This document shows, in pieces, positions 39,511 to 49,452 of a stretch of 64,000 nucleotides of DNA (positions are counted from its first letter, which is position 1; the number at the start of each line of letters is the position of its first letter). The stretch covers positions 23,331 to 87,330 of the forward strand of contig JAMOBJ010000002.1 in NCBI GenBank assembly GCA_039908095.1, given 5' to 3'. Source of the stretch: Nitrospirae bacterium YQR-1 (GTDB taxonomy: Bacteria; Nitrospirota; Thermodesulfovibrionia; Thermodesulfovibrionales; Magnetobacteriaceae). The notes beneath the pieces are model-generated. The model was not told the origin of the DNA. It did no database searches and saw only the letters and a list, made by a program, of their open reading frames with translations. The translations under genes and the position numbers were made by a program.

Positions 39511-39614
39511 TCCAATTCAAATTCAGAAGTAAACACAGGCGGCTGGGAACAAGCGATGCCTCGCTACTCTTTTGACTGCTACTTGATATTAGACGATTGA
39601 AGACAACTTGGTAT
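39511..39614. repeat. Degenerate composite of MITE end fragments
   Basis: Inverted variant right-arm CAGAAGTAAACACAGGCGGCTGGGA, then forward right end CTCGCTACTCTTTTGACTGCTACTTGATAT (to 39589), then inverted left-end TAGACGATTGAAGACAACTTGGTAT (39590-39614). Confidence 0.55.
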
Positions 39615-39688
39615 AAATCCATATCAGGAGTTTCTTTCGAAAAGAATGCCCGCCACATACGGGTATTGGCAACTATTAAAGAGAGTTT

Positions 39689-40981
39689 CTACTCAATAGC
39701 AATGAGCTGAATATCCATAACATTGGTGCCTGTGGGGCCGGTTATGAAAAGTTCACCGGTTTGTCTAAAAAAATTGTATGAGTCGTTATTGTCTAAATAC
39801 TGTTGAGGATCAAGCCTCATAATCATCGCTTTTGCTATAGTAGAGCTGTTAACAACGGCTCCTGCCGCATCTGTTTCCCCGTCAATGCCGTCAGTGCCTG
39901 CACTAAGAAGAGTTATCCCGTTTACCCCTTCTATATGCCTTGCAAATGCAAGAGCAAATTCTGTGTTTCGTCCCCCACATCCAGTTCCATTAACTGTAAC
40001 TGTGGTCTCACCTGCACTTAGCAGCAACAGTCCTCTTTGGGCTCTCTTTGAACGTGCCACGGCAGCAAGTTTCCTTGCCGCCTCTTTTGCCTCTCCACTT
40101 AATGTGCAAGAGAGGATTTCAGTTTCATAGCCAATTTTTTGGGCTGCCTTTTTGGCGGCATTGAGTGCTATTGTGTTGTTTGATACAATTATATTTTTTG
40201 TACGATTAAATATTTTATCTCCGGACTTAGGCGTCTCAGGCACTTCCCCTCTCATGCCTTTTTCTATGGTCTCAATGATTGAGCCGGGTGTTTTCTCTAA
40301 AAGTCTGTATTTTTTTAACACAATATAGGCATCCGAAAAGGTGGAATTATCAGGCGCTGTGGGGCCTGAGGCTATTGTGTCAACCCTGTCGGCAATAACG
40401 TCTGAAATTATCAGTGAACGGGTGATTGCCGGATAAACCAGACCGGAAAGACGTCCGCCTTTTATTGCGGATATGTGTTTTCTCACCGTGTTTAACTCAG
40501 CAATATCTGCGCCGGACTTTAACAATAATCGTGTAAGCTCCTTTTTCTCATCTATTGTAATACCGGTGGAAGGTTTTGTCAGAAGTGCCGACCCACCCCC
40601 TGATATGAGACATACGTGAAGAGTTTGTGCATCGGCACCTTTACAGATTTCTATGATTTTATCTGCAGCCGCTACGGCATTTTCGTCAGGGATGGGATGG
40701 GATGCCTCAAAAACCGATATTTTCTTTAGCTGCACATCCACACTATGGCCGTATTTGGTAACTACTGCACCGGTTTGGATGATACCCTCCAGGCCGCCCT
40801 CCAGCGCCTGAGCCATTTGACAAGCTGCTTTGCCAAAACCCGTCACTATCACTCTGTTACAGCCGGATTCTTTATAGATATGCCTTAAATAATCAAGCTT
40901 AGCGGTTACAGCCTCATGTGGCATCACCGCTTTCACGGCACTCTTAAATATATACTCCAGGCGTTGTCTTTCAATGTTCAT
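39689..40981 (-). CDS. Glycerate 2-kinase / hydroxypyruvate reductase family (DUF4147 + MOFRL)
   Basis: VTGFGKAACQMAQALE, ISGGGSALL, SAGTDGIDG motifs. Confidence 0.85.
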   Translation of the reverse strand: MNIERQRLEYIFKSAVKAVMPHEAVTAKLDYLRHIYKESGCNRVIVTGFGKAACQMAQALEGGLEGIIQTGAVVTKYGHSVDVQLKKISVFEASHPIPDENAVAAADKIIEICKGADAQTLHVCLISGGGSALLTKPSTGITIDEKKELTRLLLKSGADIAELNTVRKHISAIKGGRLSGLVYPAITRSLIISDVIADRVDTIASGPTAPDNSTFSDAYIVLKKYRLLEKTPGSIIETIEKGMRGEVPETPKSGDKIFNRTKNIIVSNNTIALNAAKKAAQKIGYETEILSCTLSGEAKEAARKLAAVARSKRAQRGLLLLSAGETTVTVNGTGCGGRNTEFALAFARHIEGVNGITLLSAGTDGIDGETDAAGAVVNSSTIAKAMIMRLDPQQYLDNNDSYNFFRQTGELFITGPTGTNVMDIQLIAIE

Positions 40982-41261
40982 GTCTTGTCATATAGCATAT
41001 GTAGATACCCTGAGCCATTGAGTAATTAACTACCGGTACTGTAGCACATGATATGATTCAAATGCAACATATATTTTCAAATAAACTACTTAATGAAGTA
41101 AAGTTAGCTCCGGCAGGTGCTTTGTGTAATCAAACGATTACAATCATCCTTAGTATTGTGCCGGTAAACGCAGAAGCCTTGTCTATGTCCTTATGGACAA
41201 TGTTCTTACCATACATACACACTCCAAATGAAAAGGTACCTATTTTTTAGGTCAAACGATT

Positions 41262-41291
41262 TTGACAAAAAATTAACGTTTAAAATATACT
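41262..41291 (+). promoter_or_regulatory. Sigma70 promoter TTGACA-18-TATACT for the RR-PP2C operon
   Basis: TTGACA 41262-41267 and TATACT 41286-41291. The palindrome GTCAAAcgaTTTGAC overlaps the -35. Confidence 0.55.
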
Positions 41292-41310
41292 GTTACTCAA
41301 GGGATTACAG

Positions 41311-43020
41311 ATGGAATCAGATTTATTACCAAATGACAATAATCAGACAGATGACCTTGATGATTTATTCGCTGAGGACACTGAGGGGCAATCCGCTGCG
41401 GCAGGAAGTGAAGATAAGTGGAAAGTCATCATAGTTGACGATGAGCCCGGCGTACACGACGCCACTATTCTGAGCTTAATGGATATAGTTTTTGATAATA
41501 AAAAAATTAATTTTCTACAGGCATATTCCGGCACAGAGGCAAAAACGCTCATCGAAAATAACCCGGACAGTTGCATTATGCTGCTGGATGTCGTTATGGA
41601 GACGGATGACGCCGGCCTTCAGGTTGTAAAACATATTCGCAATGTACTAAAGAATAACCTCCTTCGCATAATTCTGAGAACCGGACAGCCCGGACAGGCC
41701 CCCGAGGAGGAGGTCATCATGCAATACGAAATCAACGACTATAAGTCAAAGAGCGAGCTCACCAAACAGAAACTATTTACGACACTTATCTCAGCCTTGC
41801 GGGACTATAGAAATCTCGTTACAATTGACGGTGCTAAAAGGGGGCTTGAGCAAATTATAGCGGCTTTCCCGACCCTTTTTGAAGTCCAGTCTATGGATGA
41901 CTTTATCTCCGGCATCCTGACTCAGTTGTCTTCTCTGTTAAGACTCGAGGAAAACTCAATGTTTCTCGATTCTTCCTTTATTGCCTACAACAGCTCAAAG
42001 ACCATCACTATAGTCAAGGGAACAGGCATCTTCAGGGATGACAGCGGCAAGCCTGCAAAAGATGTGCTGGCAGCCGGTGAGTTTGAAATGCTCCTTCGTG
42101 CCGAGACACAACAGAAAAACATATTTGCCAAAAACACTTGTGTGGTTTATTTTAGAAATAAAACCAACCTCTACAATATGATCTATATAAACAGCCACAG
42201 GGAACTCAACGAAATAGACAAAAACATGGTGGAAATATTCTGCAACAACATCTCTATGGCTTTTGAAAATATAGAAAAGCAGAAAATCCGTGAATCTATG
42301 AAACTGGCCAGAGATATTCAATTGGGTATGCTGCCTGTAAACTTCTCCGACATCATGGAACATGGAATTGACCTGTATGCTTCTATGCAGCCTGCAAGAG
42401 AAGTTGGGGGCGACCTCTATGATTTCTTTTTTATAAATGACACAAAATTGTGCTTTATCATTGGGGATGTAACCGACAAAGGGGTACCGGCAGCGTTTTT
42501 TATGGCTGTCACAAAGACACTGCTTCGGGCTGTTGCTAAAATCTACTCCGATACCGGTGAAATTCTCCGTATTGTCAACAATGACTTGTGCAGAGACAAC
42601 GAGAAGTCTATGTTTGTAACTCTCTTTATCGGGATTATAGATACCTCAACCGGTTTATGCTCATACAGCAACGGCGGCCACAACCCTCCGTATATTGTTT
42701 ACAACTCAGGAGAGATAAAGCAGCTTAAGTTAAGCGAAGGCATCCCACTTGGCATTATGGAACAATCGGAATACGCAAATGATAAGTTTATCTTTTCCAG
42801 TGGTGATACTATCTTTCTCTACACTGACGGCGTAACGGAGGCCATGGATACCGAGAGTCAGATTTTTGATGAGAGCAGACTTGAAGATGTGCTGAAGGAA
42901 AACCGCGGCAACGCATCAAGAACTATTGTGGAAAATGTTGTAAGCACTCTTGGCAAGTTTACAGCCGGCGCAGAACAGTCCGATGATATAACGATATTAT
43001 GCCTGAAATGGAAGAGTTAG
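41311..43020 (+). CDS. Response regulator fused to a PP2C/SpoIIE-family protein phosphatase
   Basis: Receiver VIIVDDEPG..LLDVVMETDDAG, and phosphatase REVGGDLYDFF, IGDVTDKGVPAAFFMA, GGHNPP, LYTDGVTEA. Confidence 0.88.
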   Translation: MESDLLPNDNNQTDDLDDLFAEDTEGQSAAAGSEDKWKVIIVDDEPGVHDATILSLMDIVFDNKKINFLQAYSGTEAKTLIENNPDSCIMLLDVVMETDDAGLQVVKHIRNVLKNNLLRIILRTGQPGQAPEEEVIMQYEINDYKSKSELTKQKLFTTLISALRDYRNLVTIDGAKRGLEQIIAAFPTLFEVQSMDDFISGILTQLSSLLRLEENSMFLDSSFIAYNSSKTITIVKGTGIFRDDSGKPAKDVLAAGEFEMLLRAETQQKNIFAKNTCVVYFRNKTNLYNMIYINSHRELNEIDKNMVEIFCNNISMAFENIEKQKIRESMKLARDIQLGMLPVNFSDIMEHGIDLYASMQPAREVGGDLYDFFFINDTKLCFIIGDVTDKGVPAAFFMAVTKTLLRAVAKIYSDTGEILRIVNNDLCRDNEKSMFVTLFIGIIDTSTGLCSYSNGGHNPPYIVYNSGEIKQLKLSEGIPLGIMEQSEYANDKFIFSSGDTIFLYTDGVTEAMDTESQIFDESRLEDVLKENRGNASRTIVENVVSTLGKFTAGAEQSDDITILCLKWKS

Positions 43021-43050
43021 CGGTCAGCAGAGCAGTCTCTTATTATTAAC

Positions 43051-44502
43051 ATGGAAAACAGCCTTTTACAGATAAAAGAGAAAACAGCTATTTCATGGAA
43101 AGAGATAACCGGCTGGTCGCTTTCTAACATTGCGCCGGTACTTACGTATTTGTTTACACAGCAGGCGGGGCTTAGTAGGGAAAGCTCAATTTTCGCCGCC
43201 ATTGTATCTGTGACCCTGGTTATGTGGATAACAGAGATATTGCCGGATTTTGTGCCGGGTATCTTTTCCACATTAATGTTAATCCTCTTTAATCTTGCCC
43301 CCAATGAGGTTGTGCTGTCGGGGTTTGCCTCTGAGGGTTTTTTTCTGGCCGTCAGTGTCCTTGGACTAGGCTCTGTAATTGTTACCTCCGGATTGAGTTA
43401 CAGATACTCGCTTATGATGTTAAAGATTATGCCTTCAAACACATTTTGGTATTCGATAAGCTTATTCTTTACAGGACTAATATTTACACCCCTTGTACCG
43501 GTAATATCTGGCAGGGCGGCAATTGTAGCTCCCGTATTAAATGAAATTGTTACTCACTGCTACGATGGTTCGGAGTTGGATGAAAAAACAAAAGCACGTT
43601 CTAAGACCTTTTTGTTTACAAGCAGCTTATGCGGCATAACACTTCTTTCAGCATCTTTTCTCAGCAGTACCCCCTTAAATCTGATAATTTACGGAATGCT
43701 GCCACTGCAGGAACAACAATCATTCCAGTTTCTCAAGTGGTCATATGCCTCACTTGTTGTCTCAGGCACTCTGCTGGTGTCATTTTTTATTTTTATAAAT
43801 CTGTATTTCCGTACTTTTCACAAACTTAATGTCAACAAAGATTTCATTGACGAGGAGCTACAAAAAATGGGGGGGCTTTCAGCAGCCGAATGGATTGCCC
43901 TCTCAGGTATAGTAATCCTTGCTTGTGGCTTGTTTGCCGGTGGTGTAACAAAAATCAATGTTACATGGGTTGCTTTTGCCATTATGTTTTCTCTTCTTTT
44001 AGTTGGAGTGCTTAAGGCTACAGACTTTAAGACTAAAATAGACTGGTCTTTTTTATTTCTCCTGGGCAGTATGATAGGGCTGGTCAATACCATGAACTAT
44101 CTTAAGATTGACCTTATTGTCGTTAAACATCTCGGTTGGCTTGCAAATTATATGCAGTCTGATTTTCGTCTGTTCATTGTCCTCATGTCTGCAGCCATGT
44201 TTGTATTAAGGATATTTATACCGATGAATGCTGCGGTTTTGATTTTTGCCGCCACATTGTTGCCACTGGCTAAGGTTGGTGGAATCAGCACATGGCTGAC
44301 AGGGTTTCTTATTCTTCTTCTGGCCGAGACAGCGGTTTTCCCGTTTCAGGCTCCGTATTTGTCTAATTTCAGAAATGCTACCAGAGCGGTTGTCAACCAG
44401 CAGGAGGGCAACGTCAGCGTAATGAACTTTTTAATGTTTTTTGTCAAAGTAGCCGCCATATACTTGTCTATTCCTTTTTGGACTAAAATCGGAGTTTTAT
44501 GA
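43051..44502 (+). CDS. Polytopic anion permease (SLC13/DASS or ArsB/NhaD superfamily), family uncertain
   Basis: About 12 hydrophobic segments across 483 aa. Two-halves architecture with re-entrant-like PVISGRAAIVAP and IPMNAAVLIFA. Confidence 0.55.
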   Translation: MENSLLQIKEKTAISWKEITGWSLSNIAPVLTYLFTQQAGLSRESSIFAAIVSVTLVMWITEILPDFVPGIFSTLMLILFNLAPNEVVLSGFASEGFFLAVSVLGLGSVIVTSGLSYRYSLMMLKIMPSNTFWYSISLFFTGLIFTPLVPVISGRAAIVAPVLNEIVTHCYDGSELDEKTKARSKTFLFTSSLCGITLLSASFLSSTPLNLIIYGMLPLQEQQSFQFLKWSYASLVVSGTLLVSFFIFINLYFRTFHKLNVNKDFIDEELQKMGGLSAAEWIALSGIVILACGLFAGGVTKINVTWVAFAIMFSLLLVGVLKATDFKTKIDWSFLFLLGSMIGLVNTMNYLKIDLIVVKHLGWLANYMQSDFRLFIVLMSAAMFVLRIFIPMNAAVLIFAATLLPLAKVGGISTWLTGFLILLLAETAVFPFQAPYLSNFRNATRAVVNQQEGNVSVMNFLMFFVKVAAIYLSIPFWTKIGVL

Positions 44503-45572
44503 TAAAAAAACAAATTATATTTGTGCTGGCAATAGTCTTTTTGCTTTCCTCAACTGCGGTTGTACTCTATAGCAGCATGACTAAACCTATAGTGCTTATC
44601 ATACACAGTTACGATACAGAGTATGCATGGAGCAGAGATATTACGGTGGGGTTGCAGCGAGTGTTAAAGAAACATCCGAATTATTCCGTTAAGTGGTATT
44701 ACATGGACCTAAAAAATCATAACGAGCCTGCATTCAAACGCAAGACAGGCATATTGGCACGGCAGGCGGTGGATAGATGGCAGCCCAAAGTGTTGATACT
44801 CATAGATGACGACGCATCAGAGCTTGTCGGAAAATACTATGTCAACAACCCGAAAGTCAACATTGTCTTTGCCGGATTAAACGGAGACTACGCTCCTTAC
44901 GGATACGATAAAGCTGTAAACGTTACCGGTATTTTGGAACATAAACAATTTCATGCGATGAAGGAAATCATCGAAACCATTGAGAAGTCTTCAAAACTTA
45001 ACTCTAATACAGGAAAGGGGCAAGGTACAAAGGCACCTGTTAAAATAATGTATATCGCCGATCCTTCAAAGTCCCTTGCAATAGATAAAAAATACATTGA
45101 CGCTTACAACTGGAGTCCCTTTAAGTACCTGGGCTCTTACGTAGCCGATAACTATGAGCAATGGAAAAAATATGTGCTTGAGGCCGGTAAAAATGCCGAC
45201 TATATATTGATAGCCAACTACAGGACTCTAAAGCGCACAAATCAGGCAGGCTTACAGGAACTTGTCCATCCGAATGAGGTGGTGAAATGGACAGATGAAA
45301 ACTCTAAAGTTCCCGTGCTCGGTCTTAACCTTTTTAACGTTGAGGACGGGTGTATGTTATCGGTTGGGGTTTCACCTTTTGAACAGGGTGAGGTTGCCGC
45401 TAATATGGCGGTAGATATTATTGACAACCATAAATCTCCGAGAGATATCCCGATACGCCTCAACACACAGTTTGTTGTTGCTATGCGTAAAGGAATGCTG
45501 ACTGCAAGAGGGATCACTTTGCCGGAGGTTTACGAGGTATTTGCCCGTTCCACGGATAATTACAAAAACTAG
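44499..45572 (+). CDS. Membrane-anchored periplasmic ABC-substrate-binding-like sensor module
   Basis: N-terminal TM, then PIVLIIHSYDTEYAWSRDITVGLQRVL. It is paralogous to the periplasmic domain of the HK at 46348 (KHVLIINSYNYGYTWTNNEIKGIESVL). ATGA overlap with the permease. Confidence 0.65.
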   Translation: MIKKQIIFVLAIVFLLSSTAVVLYSSMTKPIVLIIHSYDTEYAWSRDITVGLQRVLKKHPNYSVKWYYMDLKNHNEPAFKRKTGILARQAVDRWQPKVLILIDDDASELVGKYYVNNPKVNIVFAGLNGDYAPYGYDKAVNVTGILEHKQFHAMKEIIETIEKSSKLNSNTGKGQGTKAPVKIMYIADPSKSLAIDKKYIDAYNWSPFKYLGSYVADNYEQWKKYVLEAGKNADYILIANYRTLKRTNQAGLQELVHPNEVVKWTDENSKVPVLGLNLFNVEDGCMLSVGVSPFEQGEVAANMAVDIIDNHKSPRDIPIRLNTQFVVAMRKGMLTARGITLPEVYEVFARSTDNYKN

Positions 45573-45586
45573 GGAGGTCTTTTAAA

Positions 45587-46351
45587 TTGTTAAAATTACC
45601 GGAAAGAGAAAAAAAGCCACGAAAGCACGGTCTTACCGCTATAATGGATTTAGGGTTGCCGCTTGGTTATCTGCAGGCATATCTCAAGGACTACCATCAG
45701 TTTATAGATATTGTAAAATTTGGGATTGGCTCGGCCTATATTGCTCCTTTCATCGCTGAGAAAGTGAGGTTGTATAAAGACTTCGGCGTAAATGTCTGCT
45801 TTGGAGGCACTCTGTTTGAGAAGTTTTATTCCCAGGAAGGTTCCGTTGATGGTTATTGTGATTATCTGCAATCTCTTGATGTGGACTGGATAGAGGTTTC
45901 TGAGGGCACAGTGCATATAGATATAGGAGCCCGTGTGGAAATCATAGCAGCTATACATAAAAAGTATAAACACTTTACAGTGGTAAGTGAGGTTGGCTCC
46001 AAATCTCCAGAAATAGCCGATATGATGACAGAGCGGCAATGGATAACCGAAATAAAGACTTTGAAAGATGCAGGCTGTTCTTTTGTCATTATAGAGGCCA
46101 GAGCTACCGGCACGGGGGGAATTTTTCAGAGTGACGGTTCTTTGAGGGTAAGCATTTTTAACACGATTGTACAATCGTGTGACTGCCGGGATTTGATTGT
46201 CGAGGCCCCTACACATAAAAGCCAGGCGTACTTTATAAACAGACTTGGTGCCAACGTAAACCTTGGTAATATTGCACCTGATGATGTCATGGTTTTGGAG
46301 TCATTGAGGCAGGGGCTGAGATCGGAAACCTTTTTCAATACTCTTGTATGA
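45587..46351 (+). CDS. comA: (2R)-phospho-3-sulfolactate synthase (ComA family)
   Basis: KPRKHGLTAIMDLGL..DYHQFIDIVKFGIGSAYI..LYKDFGVNVCFGGTLFE matches the ComA/PF02679 pattern by eye. Confidence 0.75.
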   Translation: MLKLPEREKKPRKHGLTAIMDLGLPLGYLQAYLKDYHQFIDIVKFGIGSAYIAPFIAEKVRLYKDFGVNVCFGGTLFEKFYSQEGSVDGYCDYLQSLDVDWIEVSEGTVHIDIGARVEIIAAIHKKYKHFTVVSEVGSKSPEIADMMTERQWITEIKTLKDAGCSFVIIEARATGTGGIFQSDGSLRVSIFNTIVQSCDCRDLIVEAPTHKSQAYFINRLGANVNLGNIAPDDVMVLESLRQGLRSETFFNTLV

Positions 46352-48405
46352 CAGAGATTGTACAAAATATGTCCCCTGCTGTCATTGCCACTCTGAAGCG
46401 GGAATCCAGTCCTTTTTCTCCCCCCTTTTTTCCCACCGGCAGTGAAAGGCACAGGGGCTTTTTTTTGAAGATTCTTACTGTAAGCCTTTTGTTGATGTTA
46501 CATGTAAGCATGGTATTTGCTGAGACCGGTGATAAACAGGAAAAACATGTTTTAATTATCAACTCTTATAATTATGGTTATACATGGACAAATAACGAGA
46601 TAAAGGGGATAGAGTCTGTTTTAGGAAACAAAAATAACATTATACTTTACACTGAATATATGGATACCAAAATAGCAAACGACAGTAAGTATCAGGCTAT
46701 GTTAAGAGAAATGTATAAGCATAAGTATAACCAAATCAAGTTTGATGTCATTATAATTACGGATGACGATGCGCTGGAATTTGTAAAAACGTACCATGAG
46801 GAAGTTTTTGGCGGAGTACCGGCAGTGTTTTGCGGGATCAACAATTTTAACGATAGTAAAATAGCAGGTTATGAAAAACATTTTACCGGAGTTAATGAAG
46901 AGGCTGATTTTAAGTCAACAATAGATTTTGCTTTGAAATTAAATCCAAAGTTAAAGAGCTTTATAGTAATAAACGACAGAATGACGTCAGGGATTTTATT
47001 AAAAAAAGAATTTATGGATAAAACGGCAGGGTATGGTGACACTGTTAAATTCACATTTATAGATAATGCCACACTGTCAGAGGTTAAGGAGGCAGTAAGG
47101 AATCTTAATACTCAGGATAGTGCCTTGTTTTATTTATCTTTTTTTAAGGACAGCAGTGGGCAGTATTATGCGCCTTCAGAGGCAATTTATGAGATAGCAA
47201 GTGCGGCTAATGTACCTATGTATGGAGCCGTGGATTATATGCTGGGGCATGGGATAGTCGGAGGCATGCTAAAAAACAGTTTCTATCAAGGAGAGACGGC
47301 AGGCAAACTTGCACTGCGAATATTACACGGAGAAAAACCCGGTGACATTCCTGTAATCAGTGAAAGCCCTAACTCGTTTATGTTCGATTACAACATACTA
47401 CAGAAATTTGATATTGATCTCTCATCACTACCGGCCGGAGCTAATGTCATAAACAAACCTGAAACATTCTATTACAAATACAAGCACATAATTTGGGGAG
47501 TTACTACACTTATAACCGTACTGGTTGTTTTTATCGTTATTCTCCTTATCAACATACGGCAGCGAATAAAAGCACAAAGGGAATTGATAAAATATCAGGA
47601 CCATTTGGAAGAGCTCGTTACGGAACGTACAAACGAGTTAAAGAAAGCTAACCAGCAGTTGGTGGAGGCTGAGAAGATGGCAGCCCTTGGCGCACTGGTA
47701 GCAGGTGTGGCGCATGAGATAAATACTCCTGTGGGGATAGCCGTCACCACAGCCTCGCATCTTCAGGATGTAACAAGAAAACTTTCCGATGCCATCAACA
47801 ATAAGACTGCAAAAAAGGAAGAGCTGTTTAACTACTTCACACACGCCACAAAATCCAGCGAGTTGATTTTAACGAATCTTGAGCGTACCAGTGAACTTGT
47901 GAAGAGTTTCAAGATGGTCTCAGCCGATCAGACCTCTCATGAGAAGCGTGTGTTTAACGTCAGGGAATACATAGAGAAGGTGATAACGAGTCTGAGTCCG
48001 AAATTAAAACAGACATCCATAGAAATCAGACTGGAGTGTCCTCCTGATTTAGAACTAAACAGTTATCCAGGGGCTTTAGCGCAGATAATAACAAATTTTG
48101 TTATAAACTCTCTTATGCACGCCTATGGAGATAAAGCAAAAGGAATAATCACTATAGAAATCATAAAAGGTGATGACACGTTATCGTTAAAGTACAGTGA
48201 TAACGGAAGGGGAATTCCTGAGGAGAATCTGAGCAAAATATTTAATCCTTTTTTTACAACAAACAGAGCCGGCGGCGGCACCGGACTTGGACTGCACATA
48301 CTTTATAATCTTATAACCCAGACGTTCAAAGGTAACATTACTTGCGAAAGCGTTTTAGGAGAGGGAACCACCTTTACAATTACAATACCGAAAGATTTGG
48401 AGTAA
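46348..48405 (+). CDS. Sensor histidine kinase with periplasmic ABC-substrate-binding-like domain
   Basis: SBP-like domain, TM (IIWGVTTLITVLVVFIVILLI), H-box VAGVAHEINTPVGI, DNGRGIP, GTGLGLHI. The true start may be TTG 46465, because a REP-like palindrome occupies 46381-46407. Confidence 0.88.
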   Translation: MTEIVQNMSPAVIATLKRESSPFSPPFFPTGSERHRGFFLKILTVSLLLMLHVSMVFAETGDKQEKHVLIINSYNYGYTWTNNEIKGIESVLGNKNNIILYTEYMDTKIANDSKYQAMLREMYKHKYNQIKFDVIIITDDDALEFVKTYHEEVFGGVPAVFCGINNFNDSKIAGYEKHFTGVNEEADFKSTIDFALKLNPKLKSFIVINDRMTSGILLKKEFMDKTAGYGDTVKFTFIDNATLSEVKEAVRNLNTQDSALFYLSFFKDSSGQYYAPSEAIYEIASAANVPMYGAVDYMLGHGIVGGMLKNSFYQGETAGKLALRILHGEKPGDIPVISESPNSFMFDYNILQKFDIDLSSLPAGANVINKPETFYYKYKHIIWGVTTLITVLVVFIVILLINIRQRIKAQRELIKYQDHLEELVTERTNELKKANQQLVEAEKMAALGALVAGVAHEINTPVGIAVTTASHLQDVTRKLSDAINNKTAKKEELFNYFTHATKSSELILTNLERTSELVKSFKMVSADQTSHEKRVFNVREYIEKVITSLSPKLKQTSIEIRLECPPDLELNSYPGALAQIITNFVINSLMHAYGDKAKGIITIEIIKGDDTLSLKYSDNGRGIPEENLSKIFNPFFTTNRAGGGTGLGLHILYNLITQTFKGNITCESVLGEGTTFTITIPKDLE
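46381..46407 (+). repeat. REP-like palindrome GTCATTGCC-N-GCGGGAATCC
   Basis: Related to 19524-19548 and 61184-61263. Confidence 0.4.
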
Positions 48406-48410
48406 TAGTT

Positions 48411-48498
48411 ATACCGAGTTGCAGTCAGAAGAGTAACGAGGCGGCTGGGAGCTTTCGACGATGCCAGCAAAGTTAAATGATTGGATGCAACTTGGTAT
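48411..48498 (-). mobile_element. MITE-like element, short internally deleted copy (88 bp), inverted
   Basis: ATACCGAGTTGCAGTCAGAAGAGTAACGAGGCGGC...GCCAGCAAAGTTAAATGATTGGATGCAACTTGGTAT. It lacks the central hairpin cassette and starts 6 nt after the HK stop. Confidence 0.75.
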
Positions 48499-48616
48499 TA
48501 CGCCTCTGCGGATTCCGGCTTTCATATTGACAAAAATAAAGAAATATTATTTACTATAATATCTGTAGAATAGTTCTCCGTTTGTGGGATGCTACTATTA
48601 ATTAAGGAGGTATGTA

Positions 48617-49318
48617 ATGCAAAAAATAGTAATCATTCTGGTTTTGATATTGCTATCGATAACAAGCAGCCTGATTCTTAAAGAACAAGCATATGGTGAG
48701 ACATACACCGACCCTGTTACAGCTATGGAGTTTGTGAAGATTAAAAATGGCTTATATATGGGTAAATTTGAGGTGACAAACGCTCAATTCAGAAAGTACA
48801 GGCCTGACCATAATAGCAGAGAATTTAAAGGAAACTCACTAAATGGAGATACGCAACCTGCGGTTTATGTGTCCGCTAATGATGCGGATGATTTTGCTAA
48901 ATGGCTGTCGGATAAAACAGGGATGAAATACAGACTGCCTACAAATAAGGACTGGGAGAGTGCCTGTAAGGCAGGAACAGATAAAGATAAGTACTGGGTT
49001 ACAGAAGATGATGCATGTCTTTATGCCAACGTGGAAGATAAATCGGCACAGGGTGATAGTTCATCTTCTGCGCAATTCAAGTGTGACGATGGTTTTGCAG
49101 TAACAGCGCCGGCAGGCAGTAAGATGCCAAACAATTTGGGGTTGTACGATATGTTAGGAAATGTGTGGGAGTGGTCCGGTGACATAAGCAATGATACCCT
49201 CTTTATACATGGCGGCAGTTGGGATTTTCATGGGATTGTATCGTGTACATTTCGCAATAGCAGAAAAACAGGCATGTATGATGCTGCCATAGGGTTTCGT
49301 CTTGTTCTTGAAAAGTAG
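48617..49318 (+). CDS. Secreted formylglycine-generating-enzyme (SUMF1/FGE-sulfatase) domain protein
   Basis: Signal peptide. FEVTNAQF, RLPTNKDWESAC, GLYDMLGNVWEW, GGSW motifs. Confidence 0.85.
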   Translation: MQKIVIILVLILLSITSSLILKEQAYGETYTDPVTAMEFVKIKNGLYMGKFEVTNAQFRKYRPDHNSREFKGNSLNGDTQPAVYVSANDADDFAKWLSDKTGMKYRLPTNKDWESACKAGTDKDKYWVTEDDACLYANVEDKSAQGDSSSSAQFKCDDGFAVTAPAGSKMPNNLGLYDMLGNVWEWSGDISNDTLFIHGGSWDFHGIVSCTFRNSRKTGMYDAAIGFRLVLEK

Positions 49319-49387
49319 CTTTCTTTTACCCACTCAAAAGTGAAAGAACAATTTTTTGAAAATTTTACTTGACATCACGGTTGCTTT

Positions 49388-49452
49388 AGGGGAGACGTCA
49401 AGGAGCTTCCGGCGAAGCCAACAAAGTTAATCGAATGAATGCAACTCGGTAT
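49388..49452 (-). repeat. MITE left half, inverted
   Basis: Reverse complement reads ATACCGAGTTGCATTCATTCGATTAACTTTGTTGGCTTCGCCGGAAGCTCCTTGACGTCTCCCCT. It supplies the last codons and stop of the radical SAM gene. Confidence 0.75.
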
